A stretch of DNA of 33,748 nucleotides from Hyphochytrium catenoides (GCA_900088475.1 FLMG01002800.1:1-33748), one strand, 5' to 3'. Positions 11,518-24,267 are shown, numbered from the stretch's first letter. Numbers and translations are program-made. Notes: generated by a model from the letters alone, not told the origin.

Positions 11518-14049
11518 TTTGTCCTCCGCTTTCGATGAGTATTTGTAAATGGAAAGCCGCACTCTTTCTGTTTCCTACTAGGCTCTCATAAGTCTAGCTC
11601 TACCGGAGAGAACAGAGCTCAAGAGAGATCCTGCTGGTCCTTTAGAAAGGCAAGCCCGCCGCAACTACACGGCAAAGACGTTTCCTCTTGTGCAAGATAC
11701 AAGAGCTATAGAGGACGGGATGAAAGAGTGAAAGTGTCTTCTGAAAGTGAGGCAAAGCAGAATTGATTCCGATAATGACCGAAGAAAGAGAGAAAGGAGT
11801 GAGAGATAGGAGAGAAAGACAACGGGCGGCAAGAAGCAAGAGAGATAATTGATGATGACGGACCGAAGAAGCGAACAATGACCTTGAGCAACGGGCGAAC
11901 TTTGAGACGACCAAAAAGGTCTCAGTGTCTTGACACTTTGTGCTCTGAAGCTTCTTTCTTCCCTCGTCCACCGACAGAGCAAGGAAAGTACTTGCTCACC
12001 TGGCTCTGTCAATGGTCTCGGGTCTCTCTGCAGGTGCCTGCTTATTGTGCTAACGCTGCCAGAAAAGAGAAGAGAGAAGACAAAGGGAACAAGGCAATGA
12101 TGGAGAGAGAGGAGAGGAGGACGGACATAAAAAGGAGGAAGAGTCAGAGGAGGTTGTGGAGCAACGAGTGAGTCAGACGGACGAGACAGAGAGATATAGA
12201 GTTGGCAATATGGGAGACAGAGTATAGAAGGCTCACATCAGAAAAAGATATTGAGTATGAGGAGGAACGAAGAAGAGAGCTCGCGAGAGGAGCCAATGAA
12301 AAGACAGAGTGGGTAAGAGATATAGGGTGAGATGAAAAAGAGGAGAGCGAGCGTAGATGAGAGAGAGAAAGGAGGAGACAAAGTGCAAGGGTGGAAAACG
12401 GCCCCTGACCCGCTGTCATCAGCCACAGAAGCGCCTTTGGCCACTGGAACCTCATGGCGGCTTCCCCGCCAACAGAAAGCGCAGCTCTAGAAAGACTCAG
12501 TTGATATACAGGGTATTTCTTTAGAAAGAACCATATTTCTTTTTTCCGTCACTACTAACATTTGGAGGCGATGTTTCTGGAGGAAGGTGCGGGGTGCGGC
12601 GAAGGATAAGGTACGGACTAGCCAGTAGTCCAAGATAGGCCTCTCTGCATTCTGGGGCTACTTGATTATTGTTTACTGGCTCAGGGTTAAATGAGTAGGC
12701 TACGGATGATCTGTGTCATTATTACTACTCCGTGTTGGGGCAATTTGGCTACTGCAGCTTCTTGCTTTCGAAGCTCAGAAAAGCCTTCGAGAGACAGAGA
12801 TGAGGGAAGGGAGAAAGACGAAAGAAAGGCTTGTTTCTTTGGGTATCACAGTTAATCACCTAGCAGAGTCTTTCGAACCAAGACTCCTTCCTTTGCCTCT
12901 TCGAAATACTTGCACGCCATGGCCCTTTGGCTGTAGTTCTGTAGGTGGGTCTACCAGGTGATCATAGAGCCAATTACATGGGTATAGGAGTTCATCCTAT
13001 GGGCCTTGTGATTCTCTCCAAAGTTGTCTTGTAGAAAAAGGGCGCAAAGCATGGGGACCCTTTTTCACATTTACACCTCGTTGGACATCAAAGGCTGTGG
13101 AGGCAAGAAGACCAGCAAAGTGTCTTCTTTAGACAAGAAAAGGAAAGCAAAGGCCTACGAACTCCAGAATCAGTAGGAGAAAATAGAACTGAAGATCTTG
13201 CTGTCTAAAAGTGGGCTAAGATTCTATAAAGGTCATGGTTCGAAGGAGGAGATGCATCGTTGGCTCCACTGACCTGTGGGGTTTGACATTATAGCAACGT
13301 CAGCTCTTGAATTGTCAGTACAGGTAGTGACCTAAGATAGCCGCCAATGTTAGTTCTTATGTAGGCTTATTCCTAAGGGAGGACCAGTTTATGACCTATC
13401 AACCTATCAAAAGGGCAATCAGGTCTGATAAAGTCGCATTTGTGGCTAATGGAGTCTACGCAAATTTTCCATCTAAGGTTTCAGGTCCATTACATTTTTG
13501 TTTTCGTTCGAAAGTACACAATACTTTAAAACTTCAGCCATATAAACGATCGAAAGCTTCATGACCCGAATCTTTCCCAACTCCACAGAACCAGGGTATT
13601 TGCCTGGGATCTGGGGATGGTTTGGCGGGGTCCGAAAACCATTTCTTGTGCATCACAATGGCGCGAAAACTCCCTCCTTGACCTGAATTATTTGATTATT
13701 TCAAAGCTTAGGTGAAACTTCTATTTAACCATGAAATATTTTTGTTAAATAAAGTTCACATGGAAGCTTTCCTTCGTAAGAGGCCAAGAGAATACCAAAA
13801 ACAAAAAAAATTGGTGGAAGATGTTATTAGATCCTTCACTTCTGTATCTTTTTCAGGCATTCTCAGTACAGATACTGCCACTCTGGCTTGAAAGATAAGC
13901 TGCAGAAGCCCAAGCCTTGTCAGTTTTCCCTCTGAGCTTTGCTCTCTGTTGCTTCTCAGCGCCAGTCTCCGTTCCAGATCTGATATCTGGCAGGTTATTG
14001 TGTTTTGTGCTTGTACTGTAAAGGAACGCAGATGCTTTATTTGGCCATC

Positions 14050-15410
14050 ATCATCTGATGGAGATTGAAGATTAGTGCCTTATGGATGATGGCAGATTTC
14101 TGTTGGCTGATGAGCCAAAGCAGCAAGGAGAAGAGGAAATACAGCCCTATAATGGCGCTGCTTGCATGCCTTGCAAGCAATAGCACGGCGGACGGACCGA
14201 GAAGTGGACGACATGCAAAACAGAGAACAAGAAGAAAAATAATGATAGACAACGAAGCCAAAAACAAAGGAGTAAGTGAAGGACCTTGATGAGTTGATGA
14301 GCATAATAGCATTTGTACCTCCCTTGTCAACAGGACAGTCATAGAGTAGAGCTTGATTCGTATAATAATTTCAACTGCTGCTGTTTTTTAATTAGCTCCT
14401 TCATATTATGCGCTTAAGCCATCTGTTGAGAAACGTGTACATCAGTCTGCGATCATCTAGGGAACTTGGTTATGGAGCTCCATGGTTGGTGTCGAGAAGA
14501 ACTGGTCAGCTGTCTAGTTTATAAGAGTACTAAAAGATCGCTCTCATCAAAGCTTCGAATGATTGTCCTCCGTCTTTCTACCCTTATTATATTACGTTAA
14601 TGTTGTTGGCTGCCACATAGTTCTACCGGCGAGAATTCTTCGTGGTGGCCACGCACCATGAGCTGTGGCAAAACGGCTTTTGTTGTTCTTCATTATATTG
14701 TGGTGCAATGAGGATTCTTGTTGGGCACAGCGGCTGCTGCTGAACTGCAGCGGCAGGTGTGCATGGTTTTCGGACGACAGCTGAATCAATGGAAGATGGA
14801 GATGCAATATTGGCGCAGTTCGACACTCTGCCATGGTGTCATTGGCACGAAATCTACTGCCCGGTTAGCAGCGACCTGCTGCTGCGAGTGTTCTTGAAGT
14901 TTTGCTCTCTATTATGAAGGAGAAGGCTCATCGACAAGGCATCATCATCCCGATTCCTGCAAAACGTGGGGCTACTGCTTGAGAGGCACCCATTCAGAGC
15001 TCACAATGGACGGTAGCTGACGCATCGACAACACCACCGAATTCTCACAAACAGCAGGCTGGTGAACAAAGAAGGAAAAGCCCATCATCGAAGCCACGAC
15101 GATTGTTCTCAGCAGTGGAGGAAGGCGCCACTACTTCACTTCTCAGAACTGGCAGAGTGATGGACGGTAAAGAATACTGCATGTTGCCCAGCTGATCCCA
15201 TACACCATGATGCACTATACAAAGCATAGGCTACTTACTATATCTCAGATCATGATGGACCCGAAAACCCGATCTCAAATCCTTCTAGCTAAAAGGATGA
15301 CGCACCACCACGATGATGGTCTCCATCCCTCCTCAGTTTTTCCCACTCTTCAACGGATGACGAAGAACGTGATGGAGAATAGAGAGATATCGACGACATT
15401 TGCGGCAGGT
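14050..15410 (+). pseudogene. Probable decayed protein-coding relic (identity unknown; hints of a Cys-cluster DNA-binding motif)
   Basis: Protein-like frames broken by stops that are one C>T change from Gln/Arg codons, e.g. ..YNGAACMPCKQ*HGGRTEKWTTC.. and ..ELTMDGS*RIDNTTEFSQTAGW*TKKEKPIIEATTIVL.. Confidence 0.3.
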
Positions 15411-16847
15411 AAATGTTTTTGTTTTTTCCACAAGTGGCAAACGGGGCGTGTATATACACTGGAGCAAAGGCCCTCACGTCTTTACTGCTGCTGTTAGGCT
15501 CAGGACTGGCATTACTGAAGTTTAATGCTGACGCCTTCCCCTCATTTGTTCTTTACTCCGTTACTTGCTGCGAGCGCAGCAAAGTCAACCAACCATCAAC
15601 TGTTCTTCCTTCTTCTATGGCACTGCTTTTTACAAAATAGGCGTCTGTACTGCTGTGAGGAGAGTCACTGCATACGGAAAGAACCGACATAAAGAAAACA
15701 GGCAAAAGATTTGGCAAAGAGATCCTGGGCAACCGCTGTCACTTCTGACCTCCACATCCAGCCGCCCGTCGTTTGATCCTCTCTGTTGTCGTTAAAGCGA
15801 GTTGCAGGCGGCAACCCTTTCTACAAAGACAAAAGCGTGAATGCCTCGCTAATTCTTAGTCGCTGATGATTGAGAAGGGAAGATACGTTTAGCCATTCTT
15901 CGTTCTAATTCTAGTATGTCTTTCTGTACATCTTCTAGGATCAAGTTCAGGCGTGATAACTGACCACTCTGATGACAGCAGGCTCGTCGTGTTGAGCGAA
16001 TGTCAGGATCTTGCTGAATGTTGAGTGCGATTATTTGTTAAAGACGACTATCGTAATGATAATATAACACTAACTTCTATGATGTGTGATGCAGGGGCTG
16101 AGCCCTCTTTGCAGTTTGTTGCAAGGTTGAAGCTCAAAGAGGTACAGTCGCCACAAAGGACCATCTGTGCAAAGTGCCAGCCCTCATCAGTAGGAAGACA
16201 CTCCCTAGTCTGTTTTCTTTTGCCGATGATTGTATGATACAACTGCCACGCAAGTTATCGACTCTGCTTCACCTTTCCGATATTGGTAGTCCCTCCAAGA
16301 AGCGCCTGCCTTTGCCACTGAGCCGCCAACCCAGCCCAGATGTGTTGCTGCGGCGTGCCACCACCCACGATCTCTTTGTCCACTACTATTCGTAAGGTTT
16401 AATCTAATTTTGGTTTGGACTACGAGTTGACGATGAAATAAAGCTGCTATGACTGCTGCTAGAACTCAGTATCACGAGAGAAAGATATATCTCAGTCTTG
16501 CTGCACCGAGAAACAGTAGCTGAACGGCAATGTTGGCCAAGTGGGACCGAGGACAGTGACGGGGACTGTAAGTCTGGAAGATGTCCATTGCTCTCTCTCT
16601 CTTTTTTTCCCTCTCTCTCTCTTTTTTGTCTGTCTGTCCCACTCTTCTTTCTCATGCAAACTCTTTCCCTTATATGCTTCTTTTCTCTGTCTGTCTCGCG
16701 TCCTTGCTTTACTTCTCACTCTTTCTCGCAGTCCCGCTGCCTCTGTCTTGCACTTCTCTTCGTCTATTTGTTCAGCTCACAATCTGGATGATGTTCCTAA
16801 AAAGTGGTTCACATCACACTTCAGACTGCCAGATCGAGGCGTCATTG

Positions 16848-16950
16848 ATTGGTCGATATGTGATTGACTAGCCGCCTCTGATTGGAGAATTGGAGAAAGT
16901 ACGTTCATGTATTGGACGGAAATTTCAAGAGACACTGGAATCTGGCCAAT
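16848..16950. promoter_or_regulatory. Cluster of five CCAAT/ATTGG boxes upstream of the BT1-like gene
   Basis: ATTGG at 16848, 16881, 16889 and 16911, and CCAAT at 16946. They lie in a unique-sequence island between a CT tract and an AG tract. Confidence 0.5.
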
Positions 16951-16989
16951 AGGACGAGTCCGTGTGAAATAGGCTTTCTCTGTGCATAT

Positions 16990-17009
16990 GAGAGAGAGAG
17001 ACAGAGGGC

Positions 17010-17045
<36 letters not shown>

Positions 17046-17340
17046 GGGAGAGAGAAGGGGAAGGGGAGGGGAGAGGGTAAGAGAGAGAAGAGAGAGAGGG
17101 AGAGGAACAAAGAGAAAGAGAGAGAGAGAGAGAGAGGCAGAGAAAGAATGAGAGAGAAAGAAGAGGAGAGAGAAAGAAGAGGAGAGAGAAAGGGAGGGTA
17201 AGGGTAGACAGACAAGACAAGAAGATAGACAGGTCGACAGACACAGAGAGAACCAGGAACAGAAAGAGAGGGAGAGAAGCCACAGAGAACCGGAGAAAGA
17301 GAAGAGAGATCCCAGAAAGAGAATGACGGAGAGACAAACT
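16990..17340 (+). repeat. (GA)n / purine-rich low-complexity tract
   Basis: Near-pure A/G run with (GA)n stretches, seen directly. Confidence 0.95.
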
Positions 17341-17574
17341 ACTAGGGCAAAGAGTTGAAAGGGAAGATTGAGAAGACGGAAAAGCTCACCTGCAGAAGAA
17401 GAGATAGACGCTTACAGGGCCTAGAATATCTCCATTCTGCAGATTAGATCAAGGAGAAACCAGACGACAAGAAGAGAGAGATCACCCAGAAGTAGTAGTA
17501 GTGTATGAACCAGCGTGACCGCTCTCCGCTTGAGCGATTGTCTCACTCGTAAGTCAAAGGAGCCTTCAAGCGTG

Positions 17575-19384
17575 ATGCACAGCGAACTGGCGATCAGGGT
17601 TCCCCTGGAGGCTCTAAGCCCGCTAGGAGTACCAGAGAAGGTGTCTCTTGGAAATGAGAAGAAGGAGCTTCTTCTCTCAGGAGAGACGAAGGACATCTAT
17701 AACATTGCTCTCGATGGAGAGGTGCCCAATCTTTGGAAACCTAAGCACATTGGCCTCCTTGCCAACTGCTGGGCCACTGGCCTAGCCTTTGGCTTCTCGC
17801 AAGCTATCATCTATCCCATCGTCAATGTACACTTTAACTCTCAGAACCAGGTGGTCAGCGCAGCCACCAGCGTTGCCTTACTCTTCTGGTGCTATAAAAT
17901 CTTCTTTGGCCTTCTCTCGGACGCATTCCCTATCTTTGGGCTGCGGAGGAAGCCCTACATCTTCATCGGATGGACCATTGCGATTGCCGCCCTAGCTATT
18001 CTGGGCTACCTAGGAGATGACGCTACCAGCGATGCTTATGGGGTGACGATCATTGTAAGCATTCTAGGAGGGTGCAACTTGGGCTATGTGCTAGCAGATG
18101 TGGCAGGAGACGGGCTGATAGTCAGTCTAGCTCATAGAGAGCCCATTGAAGTGCGAGGAAGAGCTCAATCTCTTACCTACATCGTCAGAGGGTGCGGTTA
18201 TGTCCTGGGCTGTCTCCTTGTGGGCCTGGTCTTCAATAATCCCAAGTATGGAGGGAACTTTGGCTTTGGACTAGACATTTCTTCCTCCGTCTGGCTCGTG
18301 CTTGGCATTCTTACCGCCATGATGCCTCTGTATCTCATTCTGGAGGAGAAGCCCCTGACGGGGTCCCGACGCGGTGGTGCAGATGTGGTCGCGCTGTTCT
18401 ATGATACGTTGCAGAACAAAGCAGTCTATCAGATTATTCTCTGGACCACCGTCTCAGGTTTCTTAGGCACCATCTCAAACAACGCCGTCTCCCAGGCCAA
18501 TAACATCTGGTGAGATGCAGCGCACGCGGGTTGATAACGATTGCGTTGTTAGGCATGTGCTTTCGTTTATATACTAACTTAAGTCCTCTTGCTTGCTTCC
18601 TGCCTTCATTGTCTCATCTGTGTCTTGGGCCTCGTCCACTATCAGCTGCCTTGGCTCTCTGTCCATCCTTTTGGTGTCCTCCTATCTAACTCTGTCTTTC
18701 TCTGCGTCTCCTAGGGTGAAGCTTACTCCCTTCCAATACTCATTGATGGCCATGTTTGAGAGCTTGATCTCTGTAGTGGGACTCTGGCTTGTGAGAACCT
18801 ACTTCCTTGAGACCAGCTGGCGGACCATATATTCCATCTCCTTCATTGTCTCTTCTGCTCTTTCCCTCCTATATCTCCTCGTCGTGTACGACATCATCCG
18901 CACGGCATGGTTTGTCATCTTCTCTCAAGTGTCCGTCTATTTCTCCCAGTCATGGTCCTTCTTCGTGGGCGTCTTCTGCATTGTAAGTACTGCCAACGAA
19001 TTGCAGCTGATGTTTCACTTCTTATGCCATTTCTGATAGAGAGAAGGGCTGCCCTGCTTTCTCTCAGGTTTTCTACTGGTGGCTTGAGTATGGATGTTCT
19101 GCTTGGAGTTCTCTGTTCTCTTCAAATTGATTAGTAGGGACTGTCTGTTTCGCAAAAGGCATTTGCTCCGTAGGTGGCAACATTCTAGTTGGACCGCAGT
19201 GCGCCTAATATTGATCGTGCAGGTTGAGGTCTCAGCCCCAGGCGTGGAAGCGATGACATACGCGATGATCACAACGGCTAGCAACATGGTTGTGCCTGTC
19301 TCTGGGATTGTCTCAAACCAGATTGCAGGTGCATTCTCATCCTCCTCTTCCTCGCTTTCCCATCGTTTGCTCTCATTCTCCTCC

Positions 19385-19441
<57 letters not shown>

Positions 19442-19791
19442 AGCTCAACGTCTACTCACCCCTTTCTTTCTCCTTAGGCCTCTTCGACGTCCAGCCAGAA
19501 GACTTACGAAATGAGGCAGCAGACCCAGGAGTGCGCGACCGCTTTCTCTACCTTACACTGCTAGTACTAGTAATCAACAGTCTAGCGCTATTCACTCTTC
19601 CTCTTCTCCCTCGACAAAAGAAAGAGGCGAGAGAGCTCTTTGTGGCGGGGGGAAAGAGCCCCCTAGCCGCTGACGTCCTCGTTGGCGGTACTTTTCTCTG
19701 TCTCCTCTGCGGAACTCTCTTCAATCTTCTCACTGTCATCCCAGGCATCTCCTGCCTAAAGTTCTTAGGAGGGAATGGGTGCGCATCGTAA
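17575..19791 (+). CDS. Folate/biopterin transporter (BT1/FBT family-like, MFS fold), 540 aa, 4 exons
   Basis: Exons 17575-18509, 18715-18982, 19223-19328 and 19478-19791 are all GT-AG and total 1623 nt in frame. Motifs: WCYKIFFGLLSDAFPIFGLRRKPYIFIGW, ADVAGDGLIV...EPIEVRGRAQ, GVEAMTYAMITTASN, LPLLPRQKKE; ends CLKFLGGNGC. Many hydrophobic segments. Confidence 0.9.
19385..19441 (+). repeat. (CT)n microsatellite in intron 3 of the BT1-like gene
   Basis: Seen directly. Confidence 0.95.
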
Positions 19792-20154
19792 ATATCTGAC
19801 GGCAGAAATATTGCTCTTCTTAGGTTTGACCAGAACAGGCAGTAGAGAGAGAGAGAGAGTGGAAGGAGAAAGAAAGGGAGAAAAGGCAAGGCACATGCTA
19901 ATTAGAGGCGGCCTTCGCTCCCACGTTGCATTGTACTCTATACAGCTATGAGAGGACACAAAAGGGAAGGGAAGACTGGTGACGATGATGTACCACCATA
20001 GCCAATTATTTATTTATTCTCTCTAGGCTAATCATAAATATTGAGAACTGTCCCTTGTGCTCTTGTTCCATCTTTGTCCTCGGTTCCTTCTTTTTTCAGA
20101 CCAACAACGAAAGCTCTTCTTCCCCTCTCATCTCCGCTCTTTTCTCCTGTTCTT

Positions 20155-20729
20155 TCAGCCCAGCGATCTTCTGCTGGCTTCCATTCGTGAGAGTGCAATG
20201 CCAAACGCTTGAAAGGGAGAGAGGGGAAAGCGATAACTAACCTCAAACACGTCGTCTGCCACCTGTTTGGAAGGACAGAGACAGCATGCGAAGAGGAGAA
20301 GGAGGACTTTGATGAGAAATGGAGTGCCTTTGAAAAGGTAAAACGCAAAATGTAGATCGGAGCGCTAAGGCTAAGCGAGCGGATGAGAAGAATCAAGAGA
20401 TGGGAAGGGGAGGAGTTGGGAAAGAGACCGAGAGACGCAGAAAAGAGTGAGAGAGAAAGAGAGGGAGTGGGAAAGAGACAGAGACTACCTTCAAAAGGCT
20501 CAAAATTGGACTTGTAGCCTGCGGGAGAGAGAGGGTTTGCCAGAGAGGGAGAGCTGATGAAGACAATTCGGGAGAGCTGGATGTATGAGCTGAGCTTTTC
20601 TCTGCTGCTAACTGTTCGACCGAAAGAGAAAGGGCAAAATTCTTCACTGATGTCACAATCTCCTGTCCTTTCGGGGCCTCCCAGAACTCTCTAGATAGGG
20701 GGATAGAGAAAAAGAGCGCACGCGCGCGC

Positions 20730-20761
<32 letters not shown>

Positions 20762-20764
20762 AGA

Positions 20765-20804
<40 letters not shown>

Positions 20805-21996
20805 AAGATATGAGAAGAGGAACGAGAGAACAAGCAGTGGAGAGCGACCTGAGTTATGTCATCGATGCTAACATGGCAGCAACAAGAATAGAAGGAAGTA
20901 GCTTGCGACAGACCTGTAGAGAACAAGGGAAGAAGGCCACTAGAGAGGAGACACATCTTCTACAAGGCAGGCAATTGCTAGGAAGGTGATGACGGCTGTG
21001 ACAAAGATAGAGATATGATGGAGTAGGGCAACAAGCAACTCACACATTGTAGATTATAAGAGGCAAACAGACAGACAGACAAAAAGAAGTAATAAAGGCC
21101 AGTGTCAAGAGTGAAGGAGGAGGAGGCGATGTACCTAGGTACTTCCGCCAATATCGTGATGCCTCGCTCCTCGGCTGTCTGCGTCTTCTGATGAGGAAGT
21201 CGATGGGTTTAGATCAGGGAAGCAGGAAAGACATTCTTAAGTAAGAGAAGAGACCGCCCGAGCAACAGAGAAGAAGAGAGTTAGACAGAGACAAAAAATG
21301 AAGAAGGGGAGAAAATCTCGGAGTCACGCAGAGAAGTAAGATGAGAAAGTGACCAGAAACAGCGGGAACGGGGAGAGACGCCGAAAGTGCGGATGGCAAG
21401 GGGTTCTAAGTGGCCATGATGGTTTGCTTACTTTCCCTGTTGTTGCAGCATGCAGCGCATATTGAAGACTTCTCTCTTCCTGCTTTAGGACATCGAAGGA
21501 TGGACGCCAAACTACAAAGCCGTTGATGTCCCTTTGGTAGGCAGGTATGGCAACCTAAAGCAAGGCGTTGATGACGAGAAATGACGACGCGACAAAAGAG
21601 AGAGAGAGACAGAAAGGATATCGAGAGAGCAGAGAGAGAAAGATGGAAGAGTGAGGACATTAGGCTGACGGAGGAGGAGAGGCCTTTCACTAAATAGTTG
21701 TATGTCTTCTCAAGGGTATGTTGCCCACCTGCATTCTCACTTGTCCATCATTCTCTTCATCTTCTTCCTCCTCGTCCTCCCAAACGGAGAAAGAAGAGAA
21801 ATGAATGCAGGCGTACTCTCTTCGCAGCAAGCCACGTGTTTGCGCTTCCTCCTTGTCCTAATGACAACATGCACAAGGGATGGAGGATGCGCCTTAGATA
21901 TAATTACGGCTTTCGTTAGTCGGGCTGTACCCAAGGACTGCGCCAGTAATGAGAAGGTATTGTCGAAGAGAGAGAGAGGGAGGGACAGAGATACAA

Positions 21997-22027
<31 letters not shown>

Positions 22028-24101
22028 AGAGAGAGAAATTAGGGGATACTGAAAAGGCGTCATGATGCACTTGAACTAATTACGGAGTCGGAGGTATGTG
22101 GAAATGCTAGTTTTGAGGGTAGACGACCTCCTCATTGAGATACCTCTTCATTTCCTGCTGCCTGACTCTCCTGTCGCTTCTTATTGCCACCTCCTCCCAT
22201 CAGCTTTTTCACTTCTTTCGGACTTTCTCCCGTGCCATACAGAAGAAAGTCCCCTCTTTCTTCTCCAGCTCGAAGTTTCCCTAGAAGCAACTCACTACAT
22301 TCCTTGCGATGGAGATCTAGATCTCTCCTAGGAACAAGAGGTCAAGCAAGAGGAACAGAGAGGGCAAAAAAAAAGCCGATCATGGGAAACAACGTAAGGA
22401 GTTAGCTTGTCCAAAGCAGAACACTTTGACTGACAGAGCAAGAATAGCAGTATGCTAGGATCCCAATGAGGATGGGAAACTATGCAGCCGCTGCTGGACA
22501 GACTGCAAGACGGACAGAAAGAAGGAAAGAGAAGGCAATAGCCTTGCAGAGTAAGAGAGACATGGTCCATATGAGCTTCACTTTGCGGCTGAGAAGGAAG
22601 AGAGAGAGAGAGGAAGCTTTTTTCTCCTACCTGTCTCCTGAGATCAGGAAGTAGCTGGCGATACTTGGTAGCTTCTTCCTACAGAGGATGAATCAGCAAA
22701 AGCAAGAGCCATTTACGGCACAATAGAGAGTAAGAGAAAGTAAGGAAACGAAAAGCAGATCCAGGCGGGCAGGGGTCCGAGAGAGGCTGGACCGGTGAAG
22801 GCGAAAGAATGTAGATAGTAGAAGAGCAGAAGAAAAAGCCAGAGAGAGCAAAAACAACAGAGGAGACCACCACCAGAAGGATCTCGATGGACTCCTGCCT
22901 GTCCACGAGGAGCAAGCGGGAGATGAGCCACGGCAGGAAAAGTTTTGGAGATGAGATCTATGACTAAATAGAAGATAGAACAGACGAGACCAGGAGTCTC
23001 CAAAAAAGAGAGAGAGAGAAAGAGAGACCGAGAGACAGAGAACATGGACAGTCCGTGCCGAACAAGAGTATAAGAACAGGATTTTGAGCGGCTGGGCTCC
23101 ATACTTGGCAAACATGAGCGGAGGGCCGAGACTGTCATCTTCGCCTCGCACTTGGAAGGTAAAGACTGGGATTAGCTGCGGGTGGTTATGTCGGATGATG
23201 GTGTTGAGGATTAGTTGTTTTGTGCAGATAGGCATCGGATCGAGTGGCGGTGGTCGTGCTGTACGACGAGGACGAGAGAGAGAGACAGATAGAGAGAAGA
23301 CGGAGAAGAGAGCGAGAGAGGAGCGGCACAAGGAACAGGGATGAGCGGGAAACACTGAAAAAGAGGCAGGTAAAAGTATAGATGCGAGAAGAGGTTCTTG
23401 ACCTTGCTGCCAAGCTGTTTGTCTCTCTTGATCGTCCCTCGGACTAGTGATCCGGCACGGGGAGGACGGAGGAGAAAGCGGAGTCGTTGTGCATCTTCAT
23501 TCACAGGCAAAGGGTCGTCTGCCACTGCCTGCGGAGAGAAGAATAGTAAGATTAGCGACCGCGGGCGAAATGAGAGAAGAGAAATGCCAGAAGAAAGAAG
23601 AACTGTTGGAGAGGACGAAGAGAACGAAGAGATTGGAGCAGATTAAATGATGAAGAGCAATTGCAGAAGAGAAAAGAGAGATTGCGCGTAGGAATATTAA
23701 CAACAGAGTACTTTTTGCCGGCTGACAGAGGTGAAAGTAAAGATTCAGCCCTACAGGAGACAAAAGGAGAGCAAGAGCTTGAGAAAAAGATAGAAGAGGG
23801 CAGNNNNNNNNNNNNNNNNNNNNNNNNNNNNNNNNNNNNNNNNNNNNNNNNNNNNNNNNNNNNNNNNNNNNNNNNNNNNNNNNNNNCGAAAGACCCGCAG
23901 CTCACGTTTCTAGTCTCTCCTGTCCTGGGTCGGGATGGCGAAGGTTCTTCTCTGCGTTGAGTTTGTTCGAATAGCCCTCTCACACCATTCCCTAGAAAGA
24001 GCAGAGTGAATAAGCTTTTCCCTTTCCTCTTTCTCTCCCTCTCTTTCAATGATTCTCTCTTTGTCTTTCCGTTTGCTACCAGGTCCATATCCTGCCATCA
24101 T
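20155..24101 (-). CDS. Divergent Tubby-domain (TULP-like) protein, ~10 exons; 5' exons uncertain
   Basis: Phase-consistent exons: 23528-23403 (FLLRPPRAGSLVRGTIKRDK), 23175-23105 (LIPVFTFQV..PLMFAK), 22678-22631 (KKLPSIASYFLISGD), 22327-22144 (LLLGKLR...FLLYGTGESP), 21937-21875, 21554-21432 (VAIP...VWRP), 21187-21135, 20690-20489 (TSVKNF...LSLLK), 20262-20155 (VADDVFEVSYRFPLSPFQAFGIALSR). These are colinear with the Tubby motifs LRPAP/CRITRDK, SNYLIS, GKLR, ASVKNF and DVFTMDYxYPLxAxQAFAIALS. Start is ATG 24101 or 24088, upstream of an N gap. Confidence 0.82.
20729..20804 (+). repeat. (GA)n microsatellite in a Tubby intron
   Basis: Seen directly. Confidence 0.95.
23804..23886. other. Assembly gap (N run)
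   Basis: Ns in the sequence; further gaps at 30382-30404 and 33202-33244. Confidence 0.98.
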
Positions 24102-24267
24102 CGTGCTGTCTCTCCCTTCCTTCTCATCAACGGTGTCTACTTCGTCTCCTGACTGGAGAAACCTTAACAAACCTCTCTCTCCATTCTCTTCTTTCTCTCC
24201 CCGATCCCCTGTACCCTCTCTCCATCCATCTCTCTTCTTCTAGCTCTTGTTGCCTCTTCTTTCTAGG

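Noticed and set aside
535-16400. Stop-codon reassignment (TAG/TAA=Gln or TGA read-through) to explain broken frames
   Set aside because: A 5.4-kb exon and all other real exons lack internal stops, and genes end in TAG, TAA and TGA, so the standard code applies.
16783-16885. Possible C/D-box snoRNA
   Set aside because: No canonical RUGAUGA box or terminal stem; better explained as a CCAAT promoter.
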